Source: Eledone cirrhosa
Lineage: Eukaryota
Direction of reading: 5' to 3'
Assembly (NCBI GenBank): GCA_964016885.1
Contig: OZ024742.1
Location: 56,296,001 to 56,360,000, forward strand
DNA length: 64,000 nucleotides
Part shown: positions 29,826-44,440 of the stretch, piece after piece
Layout of the letters: the number at the start of each line of letters is the position of its first letter
Position numbering within the stretch: position 1 is the first letter of the stretch
Notes under the pieces: model-generated
The model's input: the letters and a program-made list of their open reading frames with translations, nothing else
The model's database searches: none
Told to the model about the DNA's origin: nothing
Position numbers and translations under genes: made by a program

Positions 29826-30289
29826 TTATATATATATATATATGTGTATATATACATATTGATATATACACATATGTGTGTGCGGAGATTTTTTTTCCTT
29901 ACGGCTACACCATTTTTCGTACATTTTTAGCATTTTTTTCAAAATACTAATCAAGTTTTTAATAGACCTGTTTTACGATTTCAATTTCCTAATTTTCTGT
30001 ATCTGCAATTTATTCCATACACACCATTAACGATTACTAAAACCCAATAATTAATCTTCTGAGAAGCCTATTATTCACGCTGATTTAAATTCTATGTTGA
30101 ACCATTTTCTGCTCCTTACACCGGCTGATACGTACACGATACAATCGTATTCATTATCTATTTCTTGTACAAAACTTATTGCCACATGACTATATATATA
30201 CATATAAATTTAAAATTTTATTTTATTTCTCGCCCCAGCACAGATGATACATAAATGTAAGTGTGTACACCTACACATACTCACACATA

Positions 30290-30369
<80 letters not shown>

Positions 30370-30543
30370 GGAAAAAGTTTAACTCCGACGGCAGAGCTCA
30401 AGCCGTTTCGACGGTTATTTCGTTGAAACGGCTTGAGCTCTGCCGTCGGGGTTAAACGTTTTCCTATTACCCACTCTACTACCCTAAGTATTGAGTACTC
30501 TGGTGCGTTATGGTCCATTTGGTTCCTTACCACACCTACCTCG

Positions 30544-30605
<62 letters not shown>

Positions 30606-31284
30606 GTATGGGTTATATCGAATATTAAGAATAATGTTCGATTCGTTTGTGAACTGTGCCCGATTTGAAGCTGTGCCATGCCGGTGTCACCTGTTTATAC
30701 TAGACTGGCTTTGAGGAACAATCAACATGTTTATGGGTCATTACCCTTCATCAGGACTGTATACTTCTGCCAGTCTATGAAACGCTTGGAAATATATAGT
30801 ATTTTCTTAAGTACGCATCAGCTGAGTAGCCTTATTTGAGAATTTGAGAACACCATAATATATAGTATTTTCGTCTGTGTTTGTGTGGAGATTCGGCTCA
30901 TTTGCATATGAATCTGTATATGTTCGCTCAACATAAAAGTAGAATTAAAATTTAGCCGCAAAATAGCTGTATATATGTATGTGAATTCCATATATATATA
31001 AAGTTATACGGTATGTTTAATAAATAAACATTTGGAAAACCCAGCTATGAATATTGAAAGGCTGACGGCCAGCGCCGTATGATTTTTCCTACGAGGCAAA
31101 CTATTCTAAATCCATGAATATGTTTCTAGAACCACTAAACTGATGTTGATACAACCAATTCTACGAGATAAACATTTTAGTAATTAGTTAGGGGGAAAGC
31201 GGTCATAAGTCACATCTGTGATATTTATTGGAATAAGAGACAAAGAGATTTTTATTTTGACATTTTTCGTTTTGTATAGAGGCT

Positions 31285-31668
31285 TCTAGTTAAGGCACAA
31301 AATCTTCAACTTTGAGTGATGTGTAAATCGAGTAAATTAATCCCAGTCGTTAACTAATAATTTGTGATATCGACTAAGCAAGGAGAAACGTTAACCTTTC
31401 TGGATTCGAACACAAAAATAAAAACTCGGAACAAATACTGCATAGCATTTTCTCCGACGCTCTAATGATTTTCTCAATCCGCCGCTCTGTGGCATTATAT
31501 AAAAATAACAATATTGGCATACAAATGCTGAACGCTTTAAAATATGATTCCAAGCATTAATCCCGCCGAGGTCAACTTTGCCTTTCAGCCTTACGGGCTC
31601 GATAAAATAAAGTACCAGTAATGTACTGAGATAATTACTGGTCTTGTGTCAAAAGTAGAAACAATTAT
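31285..31668. mobile_element. Two SINE pieces: decayed copy on - (~31285-31485) and 3' half on + (~31560-31668)
   Basis: Same SINE body motifs. Confidence 0.7.
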
Positions 31669-31822
31669 AATCTTCCATCCGAAACCGTTTACAAAAATGG
31701 TTTGTTTTTAATATTTCATTCTTTGATTGACTTAAAACAGACTGCATACATTTTGAAGATGAAAAATTCTCTAAGGTTTTAAATTTGAATTATGATAAAA
31801 TAAAACAAATCAATGTCCATAC

Positions 31823-31900
31823 CTGTCTATATTGGCGATCTAGTTCTGTATCATTCAGGATTTTGTCTGGGTAACCAATCATCTCGCGCATACTTTCAGC
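31823..31900 (-). CDS. Next internal exon (78 nt, phase 0/0) of the same M13 peptidase gene
   Basis: Minus strand reads ataatttcAG|GCT GAA AGT...AGA CAG|GTatgg and translates AESMREMIGYPDKILNDTELDRQYRQ. It contains the M13 IGYPD motif that directly follows the WMD...AREK segment and joins in frame across a ~8.1 kb intron. Confidence 0.9.
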
Positions 31901-32017
31901 CTGAAATTATATAGCAGAGTTAGGTATTCAACGTTTTTTTTTCATGTTTGTCACTGTCTTCCCTATACATTGTATACCATTCTCAGTACACACACACACC
32001 TATATATATTATATATA

Positions 32018-32098
<81 letters not shown>

Positions 32099-32294
32099 AT
32101 AATAATAAATGTGAGGACTAAAATCCAAGGAGGACTCGATAAGGATAAATATATATCAAATATATAAGAACCCTAGAGCAAATATTGATTAACTTTTATT
32201 TTAATAAATATTTGCTCTAGGTCTCTTATATATTTGATATATATTTATCCTTATCGAGCCCTCTTTGGATTTTAGTCTTCACATTTATTATTAT

Positions 32295-32337
<43 letters not shown>

Positions 32338-32419
32338 AAAGTTCTATTTAAAATTGTTGGGATACAACAAGTAAATATTTTATAACTGATATAAAGCACT
32401 CGACAAGTTTTTGGAGTAG

Positions 32420-32802
32420 ATATACGATATTAAATAAATGGAAACTATATTTATAAAACCATATTTATTTCATTATACATATTTCAAGGATACCAAATTA
32501 AAATATGGTATGCCTTCATCAGACAAAATACAATATATAAACAGTTTTATAAATAATTTTGACGTACCCTATTAGATGCGACCATTATTTTTGGAAGCTG
32601 TCTGGATAGTCAGACAGCTATCCAGACAGCTTCCAAAAATAATGGTCGCATCTAATAGGGTACGTCAAAATTATTTATAAAACTGTTTATATATTGTATT
32701 TTGTCTGATGAAGGCATACCATATTTTAATTTGGTATCCCTGAAATATGTATAATGAAATAAATATGGTTTTATAAATATAGTTTCCATTTATTTAATAT
32801 CG

Positions 32803-32807
<5 letters not shown>
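32420..32807. repeat. Near-perfect ~190-bp-arm inverted repeat (family H3)
   Basis: 32420-32609 versus 32618-32807. Confidence 0.93.
32697..32761 (+). ncRNA. Type-I hammerhead motif (family H3); inverted copy at 32466-32530 (-)
   Basis: UAUUUUGU-CUGAUGA-aggc AUACCA...UGGUAU cccu-GAAA-UAUGUA-UA-AUGAAAUA, with an 8-bp stem I including wobbles. Confidence 0.68.
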
Positions 32808-32836
<29 letters not shown>

Positions 32837-32906
32837 ATATATATATATCAAGGGCGGTGCCCCAGCATGGCCTCAGCCGGATGGCTGAAACAGGTAAAAG
32901 AGTAAT

Positions 32907-32937
<31 letters not shown>

Positions 32938-32942
32938 TATAT

Positions 32943-32998
<56 letters not shown>

Positions 32999-33054
32999 TG
33001 TGTGTGTGTGTGTGTACTGAGAAGGGTATACAATGTATATATATATATATATGA

Positions 33055-33838
33055 GAAAGTAAGTCCATAGAATCATTTGAAAAACGTATATACAGTATTT
33101 CTTCTCCCAATCAGCATAATTAACCACACAAAAAAATCAATTAAACGAGGCTACAAGTTTAAAATGTACCTATGAAAAAACAATAGATAAATAAAGGATA
33201 GCTATTTTATCCGCGATCAACAGCCACAGAAGATTTACCTGGTATTTCTAATAGCCCGTAGAAATTGATTAGATATATAGCCAACCATACACAATTAGGT
33301 ACAAAATCAAAGTTAGAAGAAAAAATGTACATAAACATACCAAAATTATGTTTCTACCCCATGAGGTTTCATTCGCGTTTTGGAAATATCCGATCATGGA
33401 TAAATTCACGAGTTTCGAAATCATCAGGAAACAAACTCAATTGGACAAAGATTTTTCTTAAATAATCCCCGCCAGAAACGAATTCAAAATGGCTAAGAAT
33501 TGTCACATGGCCAGTGGTCAAGTTATATTGGTGCCTGATGGCGAGTAGGCTGGTTGCTAGAAAGTGCAGCCGAATACTGCCTAAAGTGTTACTCAACCAT
33601 ACGTGTATGGTTGGCTATATGTCTATTCAATTTCTACGGGCTATTAGAAATACTAGGTAAATCTTCTGTGGCTGTTGATCGCGGATAAAATAGCTATCAT
33701 TTATTTATCTATTGTTTCTTCATAGGTACATCTTAAACTTATAGTCTCGTTTAATTGATTTTTTGTGTGGTTAATTATGCTGATTGGGAGGAGAAATACT
33801 GTATATATTTTATCAAATGATTCTATGGACTTACTTTT
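33055..33838. repeat. Inverted repeat with ~240-bp arms and ~300-bp spacer
   Basis: 33055-33296 versus ~33598-33838. Confidence 0.9.
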
Positions 33839-33921
33839 TTATATATTGCTCTGATTGTTGATTATTTAATTAATTAATTCGTCATTGAGCCACACCGTGA
33901 ATGGTTGCTGAAAACACACAC

Positions 33922-34026
<105 letters not shown>

Positions 34027-35526
34027 TCTGTCTAGTTTATATATATGTAAACCTATATATTTTTTATATATATATATATGTATAATAGCTTTCACCGTAT
34101 TTTTTACTAAATGGAAAAAGATGAGTATTGACGTACATGTACGTCAATACTCATCTTTTTCCATTTATCTGAGGGTTCTAAACCCCATTATCAGGCTAAA
34201 ATTCCTTTAGTCAAAAATACGGTGAAAGCTATTCTATTTTCTAATTTCAAACCTGCTCACTGTTTCAAAACATACTTACTTGATATATATATGTATGTAT
34301 ATACATACTTAATTGTACATGAAGATGTAATATATGCTTTCAAATACAGCCATATTACACACACACATACACACACAGTTTCTATAATCACTAGTCGAAA
34401 ACACCGTTTTCTCATCAACCGCTAATTACGCTATTTTATATTATTGTAAATAATTATATATTGCTATGTTTATATGTTTCACGTAAATATACATTGACGG
34501 ATTCAATCCACTACTCCTTTTTCACATACATGCCAATGTAAGAATGTGATAATTCTGTTAGATTTATTAAATTCCTTTATAACTTCAGGAATTAATGAAT
34601 AATATGTAATGCTTGATGCTCCATTTAGTTTCAATTCCTTTCTAGCTTTGTTACTTGGTGATGTTAACTTTCAAAACCAATTATCCATGACTGAAATCCT
34701 CTAGAAAATTACTTTTGTTTCCAGCTAATGTATTCATGAAAAGTTCTCTGCGTTTTATGGGTAGTTTCTTTGATAATATTAAATTTATTTCCAGCTACAG
34801 ATGTCACGGTTTCATCACACGCTAAAAGAAATTTACTCAAATTAAGTAAAAAGGAATTTGTTTTTCTAATTTAAAATCCGGGAAATACCTCGTAACTCAA
34901 GAAGTAAGTTACGCAGTTAAGAACACTCGTTAAATATCCCGTGTTTTATTTTTCTCTTGCTATTCAATTTAAACATAATGATGTCTTTAATCTTCAATGT
35001 ACTGACAACTACTGTTTCCCTAACATTATAGTGACTTTTAGTATTGTTTATAAATGCATTATTTCATGCCCTATAAGAGAAAGTTAACATAAAAATACAT
35101 TAGATAAAACTTTGTTGTACGTCTGACATTATTTGGAGAAGAGAGTCTTAAAAATTAGTAAGTATAACACGAAGCACGACTCTTCGTCCTAAATGTTCTA
35201 AAACAATTCATGGGAGTTGAAATCATTTGCAAGAACCGTCTTACTGTAGGAGTATCTAATTATCGATATATAAACATATATCTTTCATTTCGGTAACTAA
35301 ATAGGCATACAGTAAAGTACTGTATAAATGCATCATAGGAGCAATCGCCTGGTTAATATTGTTATTTGGAGTATTAGATCTATAATTCCAACTGATTGCA
35401 TTACCATGAGGAATCAAGCCCCTACCTTATCAAGCCCCTACCCTATATGAGATATTAAAATCTTATGACCAGATTGCCTTCCTACTATAGGGCTTGTGTC
35501 TGATATGTTTCTTCATACAAGGGAGC

Positions 35527-36388
35527 AGAAATCATCTGATTATTTCCATGAAAACAAACATATTCCTTGTCTACTAAATTTCCAAGTCGGTTTATATCAT
35601 TTAGAGTATACCAACTTTGTTTCACTACATCGTTCATACCCATGTTAAATAGATAATTGTTATATACCCAAAGTTTGCATATACTAAATAGCTACAAAAT
35701 ATGTCTATTCTGTAGTTAAATAGAACAAATCTCTCCTACTAATACCTGTTGTTATTGTAGTATCGAAAGTGTTAAAACATTTCTATTTCATTAACTGGCT
35801 TTTTTTGTTTTTAATGGCGGATGAATGGTAATAATTGTGATAATGATAATTCTAAATTCTAAAAAGAAAAATTATAAAACGAAATGATTCCAATAAACAA
35901 AGATAAAATAAACAACAATATATTTTTTCTAGATTAGACAAAAATAAAATATATATATATATATATATATATATAATTGGTTATGCACGAGTGCATTAAT
36001 GTTTTCCAGGACACAGTGTTATGTACCGTGTAGTGGAATGTCAGCTTACAACAGAGTGGTGCTCAACGAAATGCAGAAAAAAGGTGTATATTCCAGTTTA
36101 GGTATATTCCGGGGCGTGTATAAAGAATTAAAAAGAACAGAAAGATGCAGTAAAAGAGATTTATTCGGTTCTTACGTACGTTTCAATAGACATCAATTTG
36201 CCTAGATCTCGCTACATCTATAATATTATATATTTAGTAGAGCATTCGATATCCAATGCACAAACGACCCCATATCATCAGAGAATAATATTATAGATGT
36301 AGCGAGATCTAGACAAATTGATGTCTATTGAAACGTACGTAAGAACCGAATAAATCTCTTTTACTGCATCTTTCTGTTCTTTTTAATT

Positions 36389-36437
<49 letters not shown>

Positions 36438-38285
36438 CGTGTGTATGTATATGACAAAATATAAAATAAATGAAAACACATGTTTGCTAGATTTACAAAA
36501 TATTTTTCATGTTGCCATTGACAGAAATATAATTTTAGGAAGTAAAATGTAATGCTATCTCTGATTCATTTCGTCAAGATTTCATTTTATGTCATTTCAA
36601 TGCATCATCAAATATCACCATAAAACAATTTTTACAAAAGGTGTAAATAAATGAATAATAAAAGAAGAAAAATTATTCAAACGGTGGAAGTATTTTCATT
36701 TTATTGGTGTTTAAATACTGAGAACATATCAGAAAATCTACTTATTCCCAAACATACTTAATCTACTATCGTTACCTTGGTTTCTGAAGTAGCGCTTCCA
36801 TGGTAACACGTCCTCAAAATGGTATGTTGTTATAACTCAATAGATTTGCAGCTATTAATTTAAGATTATAAAGGATTAAATGTGAGAGACGAATTGGAAA
36901 GAAAAAGAGAGATTTTGGATTTCATGAAATAAAAAACACATTTTGGAATCGCTAAAAATCATGTTTCTTTAGAAAATGTTTGATATCTTCATTTTTGAAC
37001 ATATTTTTATATGAATGAAGACACACACACACGCGCGCACACACACACATATATATACATATATACATATACGGGGGGGGGGGCATGTGTGTATATATAT
37101 ATATGTGTGTGTGTGTGTGTATATTATTGTGTCTATATATTTTTATGAAGATTTATGTGTAGAGAAATGACATTTGTTGTATATTTGTATTACCATTAAT
37201 CAAACACTTCTACAACCTGAATATAAGTTGAGTATTATCATCTCTAATCCTGATATTATAACACGTTCTCACATCTGCTTGTAATTCAGAATTTCCTCAT
37301 GAAGTTGTTGATTATAGCATGCAGCTGTTTTCATATAAAAATGTTCAGAAAATGAAGATATCAAACATTTTCAATAGAACCATGATTTTTAGCGATTCCA
37401 AAATGTGTTGCTTGATTCATGAAATCCAAAATCTCCCTCTTTATTTGCAATGCTTCATTGTGAATAGTGCCAACTTTTACATCTCATACACTTAATCCTT
37501 TATAATCTTAAATTAATAGCTGCAAATCTATTGAGTTATAACAACATAGCATTTTGAAGTTGTGCTACCATGGATACACTACTTCAGAAACCATGGTAAC
37601 GACAGCAGATTAAATATATGTTTGAGAATAAATAGATGTTCTGATATGTTCTCAGTAATTCAAACACTAATAAAATGAAAATACTTCCACCGTTTTAGTA
37701 ATTTATTTATTTTTTCTTCATTTAGTCTTTATTTATGGCGATATTTCATGGAGCATTGAAATTACATCGTGACGAAATGAATCAGAGATACCATTGCATT
37801 TTACTTCCTAAAATTATATTTCTTTCAAGGTTAACATGAATAAAAAACATATTGTCATTTTGTAACTCTAGCAAACATGTTTTTCCCATATATTTTATTT
37901 TATATAATCTATACAATTACAGATATCATTTTTGTTTAATCTGTAGAGAATATATTGTTGTTAATTTTCTCGCTTTTATTGGAATGTTTGTTTTTTAGAA
38001 TTTAGAATTATCATTATTACAAATGTTACTATTCATCCTCCATTAATAACAAAAATCCAATTAATGAAACAGAATGCAATGACAATATCTATGTAGTACG
38101 AGAGATTTATTCTACATGTAGCTATTTATTATATTCAAACTTTGGGTATATAACAGTTATGTATGCAATATAGGTATGAACGATGTAGTGAAACAAAATG
38201 GTGTTATCTAAAGAATATAAACCGACTTGGAAATTCAGTAGATAGAAAATATATTTGTTTTTCATGGAAATAATCAGACGATTAC
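35527..38285. repeat. Old, diverged large inverted duplication (~950-bp arms)
   Basis: 35527-35950 plus 36455-37010 match the reverse complement of 37340-38285. The left arm is interrupted by a younger insertion at ~35950-36450. Confidence 0.85.
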
Positions 38286-39739
38286 TGGTGGTAAATGTAT
38301 ATGTGTGGCACGGTTTCATTGTGATGATCTGTTAAATATTGATGTCATAAAATCTTCACTTTGTCTCTTTACATTGTGTCAGATACTGTGGAGGTTTCGC
38401 ACAGTAATTCAACAGTTGCAGCCAAACATTAAGCAATATTACAACGTAGAATTTAATCCAGCAATGTTATTTTTTTTTAAATATGAAATAGTGATTTTTT
38501 TACGAATTTAGCCTCCTTTGGTGATTTGTTATATTTACAAGGCTGGCATCAGGTGTCGTGTCATTCTGCATCTTTACTTTATACTTACAATTTACACTAT
38601 GGGAACACACGCTGCTACTACTATATCTTCAGAATTCTTATTACCTAAGTGAAACATAAAATACACTGTTAACCAATATCCCAGGCAATTTCTAATAGAG
38701 GAAATATATTTTAATAGTGTAGGTAACGATAGTCTATCTGTGAGACCATTATATTGATATGTATATTAAACAAGACACATACCATATATGTTAATTCATT
38801 CGGCTACTGCAAAGTAAAATGTTCCCTTGTAGGCTAAGCTGGAACATTTTATCTAGAGTGGAGTTCCATACTGAAACAAATTATCCGGCTACTATTTACT
38901 CCTCGAAATGTACTTTTATCACTCATTTCTATTATTCTATTTATCTAACCCATTAGAATATGTAACTAATTTCAAAACTCCTCTCATTTTAACATTTTTA
39001 TACCAAACCACCTGGTTCGACTATAGAAATCTGTTTGCTTAAGCATGTTTCAATAATTCTGTTATATGAGAACCTCTTTTATGTTATGTTCCAAAAATCA
39101 GCGTAATAAATAGAAATGCAGTAATATTACAGCATCGTTCGATATTCCTGATTATTCTCAAAATGATTTTAAGATCAGATAGAGAGAGAGGGAGTCTTAC
39201 ATAAGATATATTGTATCGAAGGGTTACACTTTAAAATTAACCTTTTGTTGTTGGTAACCCCCCGACTGCATTTCCAATCCATGTTCAAATTCCTCAGATT
39301 CGCCGCTGAAACTCAAGAATTCAACTTAATATACTAAAACTAAAATAATTTCTTTACATAAAATAGTATTTTAAGTTTTCTTGAAGTATCGTAAATATTA
39401 CTTCAATAATTGATGTAAGGTTTCGTATTTATTTAATGTTTTCCCTTTAATATATGATTTAATTTGATATACATCACTATTTATCAGTCCAGGGTTTATT
39501 GTCCCAGAGTGAGATATAATTTATTCAACAAATATATGATTAATGTTTCTACTTACAAAATAATGCACTTTTAACCTATTATCCCATTATTACTAGCATC
39601 TCACACATCTATTTACTTTTATAATTTAAAGAAATTGAACCTAGACTTCAATGTCTCCCATTTAACCTTATTACAAATCTGCCTAATTTTATCCCTTTAA
39701 TCGGCAACTCAAATTTTTGGCAACTCAATCTAATGGGCG

Positions 39740-39815
39740 ACAACTATATATAACAACAACTATATATAACAACTATATATAACAACAACTATATATAACA
39801 ACAACTATATATAAC
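39740..39815. repeat. Minisatellite, ~5 x 13-16 bp (caactatatataacaa)
   Basis: Directly visible. Confidence 0.85.
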
Positions 39816-40038
39816 GGTGCTTTTACAAATCCGTGGTTCATACATACATTAATATTTTGCAACCGTTGTTCATTATCAGGCTATGAATGTTATTATTTGA
39901 GACAGCATTTTGTGATTTCCATGTTCAAATATTTATGTAGTTATTCAGATTCAGACAACACTTTACCATGTATATATTTGAAATATTGACATTTTGCAGA
40001 ATTATATATTAAGGAAATTGCATTAAGGAGTTTCATAC

Positions 40039-40137
40039 CTTCTCCCGGGCAACTTTTCTTGTGTCTTTATCCATCCATTCCAATTCCTTAAGAATTTCAT
40101 TGAATGAGTCTTGAAGATTTCTTATCATTTCTATCAT
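40039..40137 (-). CDS. Internal exon (99 nt, phase 0/0) of an M13-family zinc metallopeptidase (neprilysin/endothelin-converting-enzyme-like)
   Basis: Minus strand reads ttttctttaaAG|ATG ATA GAA...GAG AAG|GTatga and translates MIEMIRNLQDSFNEILKELEWMDKDTRKVAREK. This matches the M13 'F...L..L.WMD..T+..A.EK' segment. Canonical AG/GT ends. Not in the ORF track. Confidence 0.9.
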
Positions 40138-40630
40138 CTTTAAAGAAAATAATGAAAAAATATGGTAAATATAATATTTTGCTTTCTGGATAGAATGATA
40201 AATATTAAACATAAATTTAGAATTAGTACTGTCGAATGATTAGACACGAAAAGATATTTATGTAAAATTGTAATATGGTCAAGAGTATAATTATATACTT
40301 AATATTTAGTTCGTCACCCACGCACGCTAAGGGAAGAAACTCTGTCATGTTTGTAGATGCAAGAAAAATATGTTACATAAAAGAAAGTTCTGAATGAAAT
40401 TTCATATACGTATAATTATTTTATATATCTAGCAATATAAGATATGTTTATGATTAAACATTTTGAAAGCCTTCAGCTACGAATTTGCAAATTAATGATG
40501 TAGCACCTTCTAGCGGATCCCAGCAGAAGCAAAGCGTGGGTAACTGTCGACAACGAACATCGTTTCTGACTCTGATCATTATCAAGACATACCTATATGA
40601 CATACCAAAATATAAGCATACCGTGTATCG

Positions 40631-40714
<84 letters not shown>

Positions 40715-40718
<4 letters not shown>

Positions 40719-41694
40719 GTGGACACTCTATAGAAATAGTGGACAGCTTCCGTTTCCTGGGTGACAAAATTAGCAGTGGGGGAGGGTGCTCTGAAAGTAC
40801 AGTAGCTAGAATCAGAACTGGATGGAAAAAGTTCAGAGAGCTTATAACACTATTAGCCGCTAAAGGGTTCTCCCTAAAAATGAAAGGCAGGTTGTATGAT
40901 GCCTGCATACGAACAGCAATGTTGCATGGCAGTGAGACCTGGGCATTGTGTGCAGAGGATATACGCAGACTAGAGAGGAACGAAGCTTGCATGCTCCGCT
41001 GGATGTGTAATAGTAATATACGTGAACGGCAAAGCATAAACGAACTAAGGAAAACATTAGAAATAAGAGGGATCAGATGTTGTTTACTCGAGAGAAGGCT
41101 ACGTTGGTACGGACACGTGATGCGCATGAAAGTCGATAGCTGTATAACAAAGTGCAGGGCAATAAAGATAGACGGTAGCCACGGAATAGGCAGACCTAGA
41201 AAATCCTGGGACGAGCTGATAAACTCCGACCTCACGCACTTACACCTCTCCAAGACAATGTCACTGGACCGAGACCTTTGGCGGTACTCAGTAATAGAGA
41301 AGACCCGCCTTACCTAAATACATAGTAAAACCTACTACAGCCAGTAGGCATCTCTAACAAAATACCCCCCCCCCATCCACACCACCCCCTCCTATGTAAA
41401 GTTATGTTGGTGCCACACCATCCAGGCCGAAACAAATGAGATCGTGTAGGTGTCACGACAAAAAAACACACAGTCCACGCTGTAATGTGGCCGTGTAGGC
41501 AACACGGTAAAAACCTCCCCGACCCACACTGTAAATGTGGTTGGTGTTAGGAAGGGCATCCAACTGTAGAAAACCTGCCAGACAGTCCTATGCGACCAAG
41601 ACAATCACTCTTGCCTCAAGTGGGAATACCCCCGTCCAAACCCATGCAAGCGTGGAACACGGACGTTAAACGTTGATGATGATGATGATGATGA
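40715..41694 (+). mobile_element. 5'-truncated RTE-clade LINE with (GAT)n tail
   Basis: ORF 40739-41317 reads VDSFRFLGD...ARIRTGWKKFREL...MLHGSETW...RRLRWYGHVMR...GRPRKSW. 3'UTR ends ...ggacgttaaacgtt(gat)n. Confidence 0.9.
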
Positions 41695-41714
41695 TATATA
41701 TATATATATATGTA

Positions 41715-42338
41715 TGTATTTATATGTGTATATGTCAGGTCACCAGTTGGTGCTACTGGTAACATGTATACCAGTACAACCTGTCTCATGGTCGGGTCGT
41801 TGGCGACTAAACTGGCAACCCCACCAAGGTTTCTTGGTGAGGAGGGTGACTTTTGACATCCTGCAGGACTAAAAACAAAACCTGTCAAAGGGCAAAGGAG
41901 CTCTTAAGAGTCAATGGCCATCAAAAATCACCGGGAGAGATGACCCCTTAGCCTTTGTCAAGGCAGAATTCTAGAAAGAAAACTCTGATATAACACCTGC
42001 AACCCTGATGGTATCCAATGATGTTGACTTGTTCTTCTTTTTGGTAAATATCATCTTGGTTAAGTGAGTGGGACTGGCTTTGTGCAGTACCGTTGCTCAC
42101 TATAAAAGCTTCACGGCACAGGCATTGCTTTGTATCTGGAGATCTCTCTGCACTTGTCATCACATGGTACCATGGGCCCAGCACTATGTGTCAATAATTG
42201 TCACAAGTGTAGTGTTTGTACCAGAGTTTTCAAATCGCTGGTTGGACTAAAAAGTCACACTCGTTCAGCGCATCGGTAGGGGTTCTCCTACATGGATATA
42301 AAGTAGTGGCCGTACTCGAAAAGGAGTTGGCAGCCACC

Positions 42339-42342
<4 letters not shown>
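41715..42342 (+). mobile_element. RTE-derived fragment ending in a C2H2 finger; its 3' ~220 nt is repeated at 21068-21291
   Basis: Encodes CSVCTRVFKSLVGLKSHTRSAHR*. A near-identical 3' copy at 21068-21291 has the same end (ggcagccacc) followed by (AT)n. Confidence 0.65.
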
Positions 42343-42402
<60 letters not shown>

Positions 42403-42963
42403 TTAAGGATACTATTTATGGTTGTGTATATACTAAAATCTTTTATAGTTATATATATTTTAAACCCTAAATAGTGAAAGACAGTAATTTATTACTACCT
42501 TATTACCAGTAAGATAAATAGCTCAATGTAACAACATCAGTAGTTCTACAGAGCAGTTATATAGAAAATACATGAATCAAAGTTAAAATACAACATTGGC
42601 AGTTTACGAAGATAAAGCAAGAGGATAGTTTGAAGTAGTTAGTGAAGTAGTTATTTTGAAGTAGTTAGTCCTCTTGCTTTATCTTCGTAAACTGCCAATG
42701 TTGTATTTTAACTTTAATTTTGTCGTTTAATATGTCTTTAATCTTTGTATGTATATTGCCATGCTATATTATTATAATGGATGTCAACCCACTGTGCATC
42801 AATATATACATATGTTTCTATGTGTCTCTTGTGTTGGAAACGAGGTCAAGGATGTAAAAAATCATTGAAAAATAGCTCCGAAGACATCAAACCTCGGTTT
42901 GGAAGAAACAATTGTAAGCAAATAAATGGTTTAAACAGAACTTTGATTCATGTATTTTCTATA

Positions 42964-44440
<1,477 letters not shown>

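Noticed and set aside
33530-33585. CTGATGG...GAAAGTGC in the spacer of the 33055-33838 repeat
   Set aside because: Too many core deviations and no stem I/III closure.
38283-38590. Possible minus-strand peptide (MQNDTTPDASLVNITN..., HCWIKFYVVILL...)
   Set aside because: Short frames interrupted by stops, no recognisable family and no consistent splice sites.
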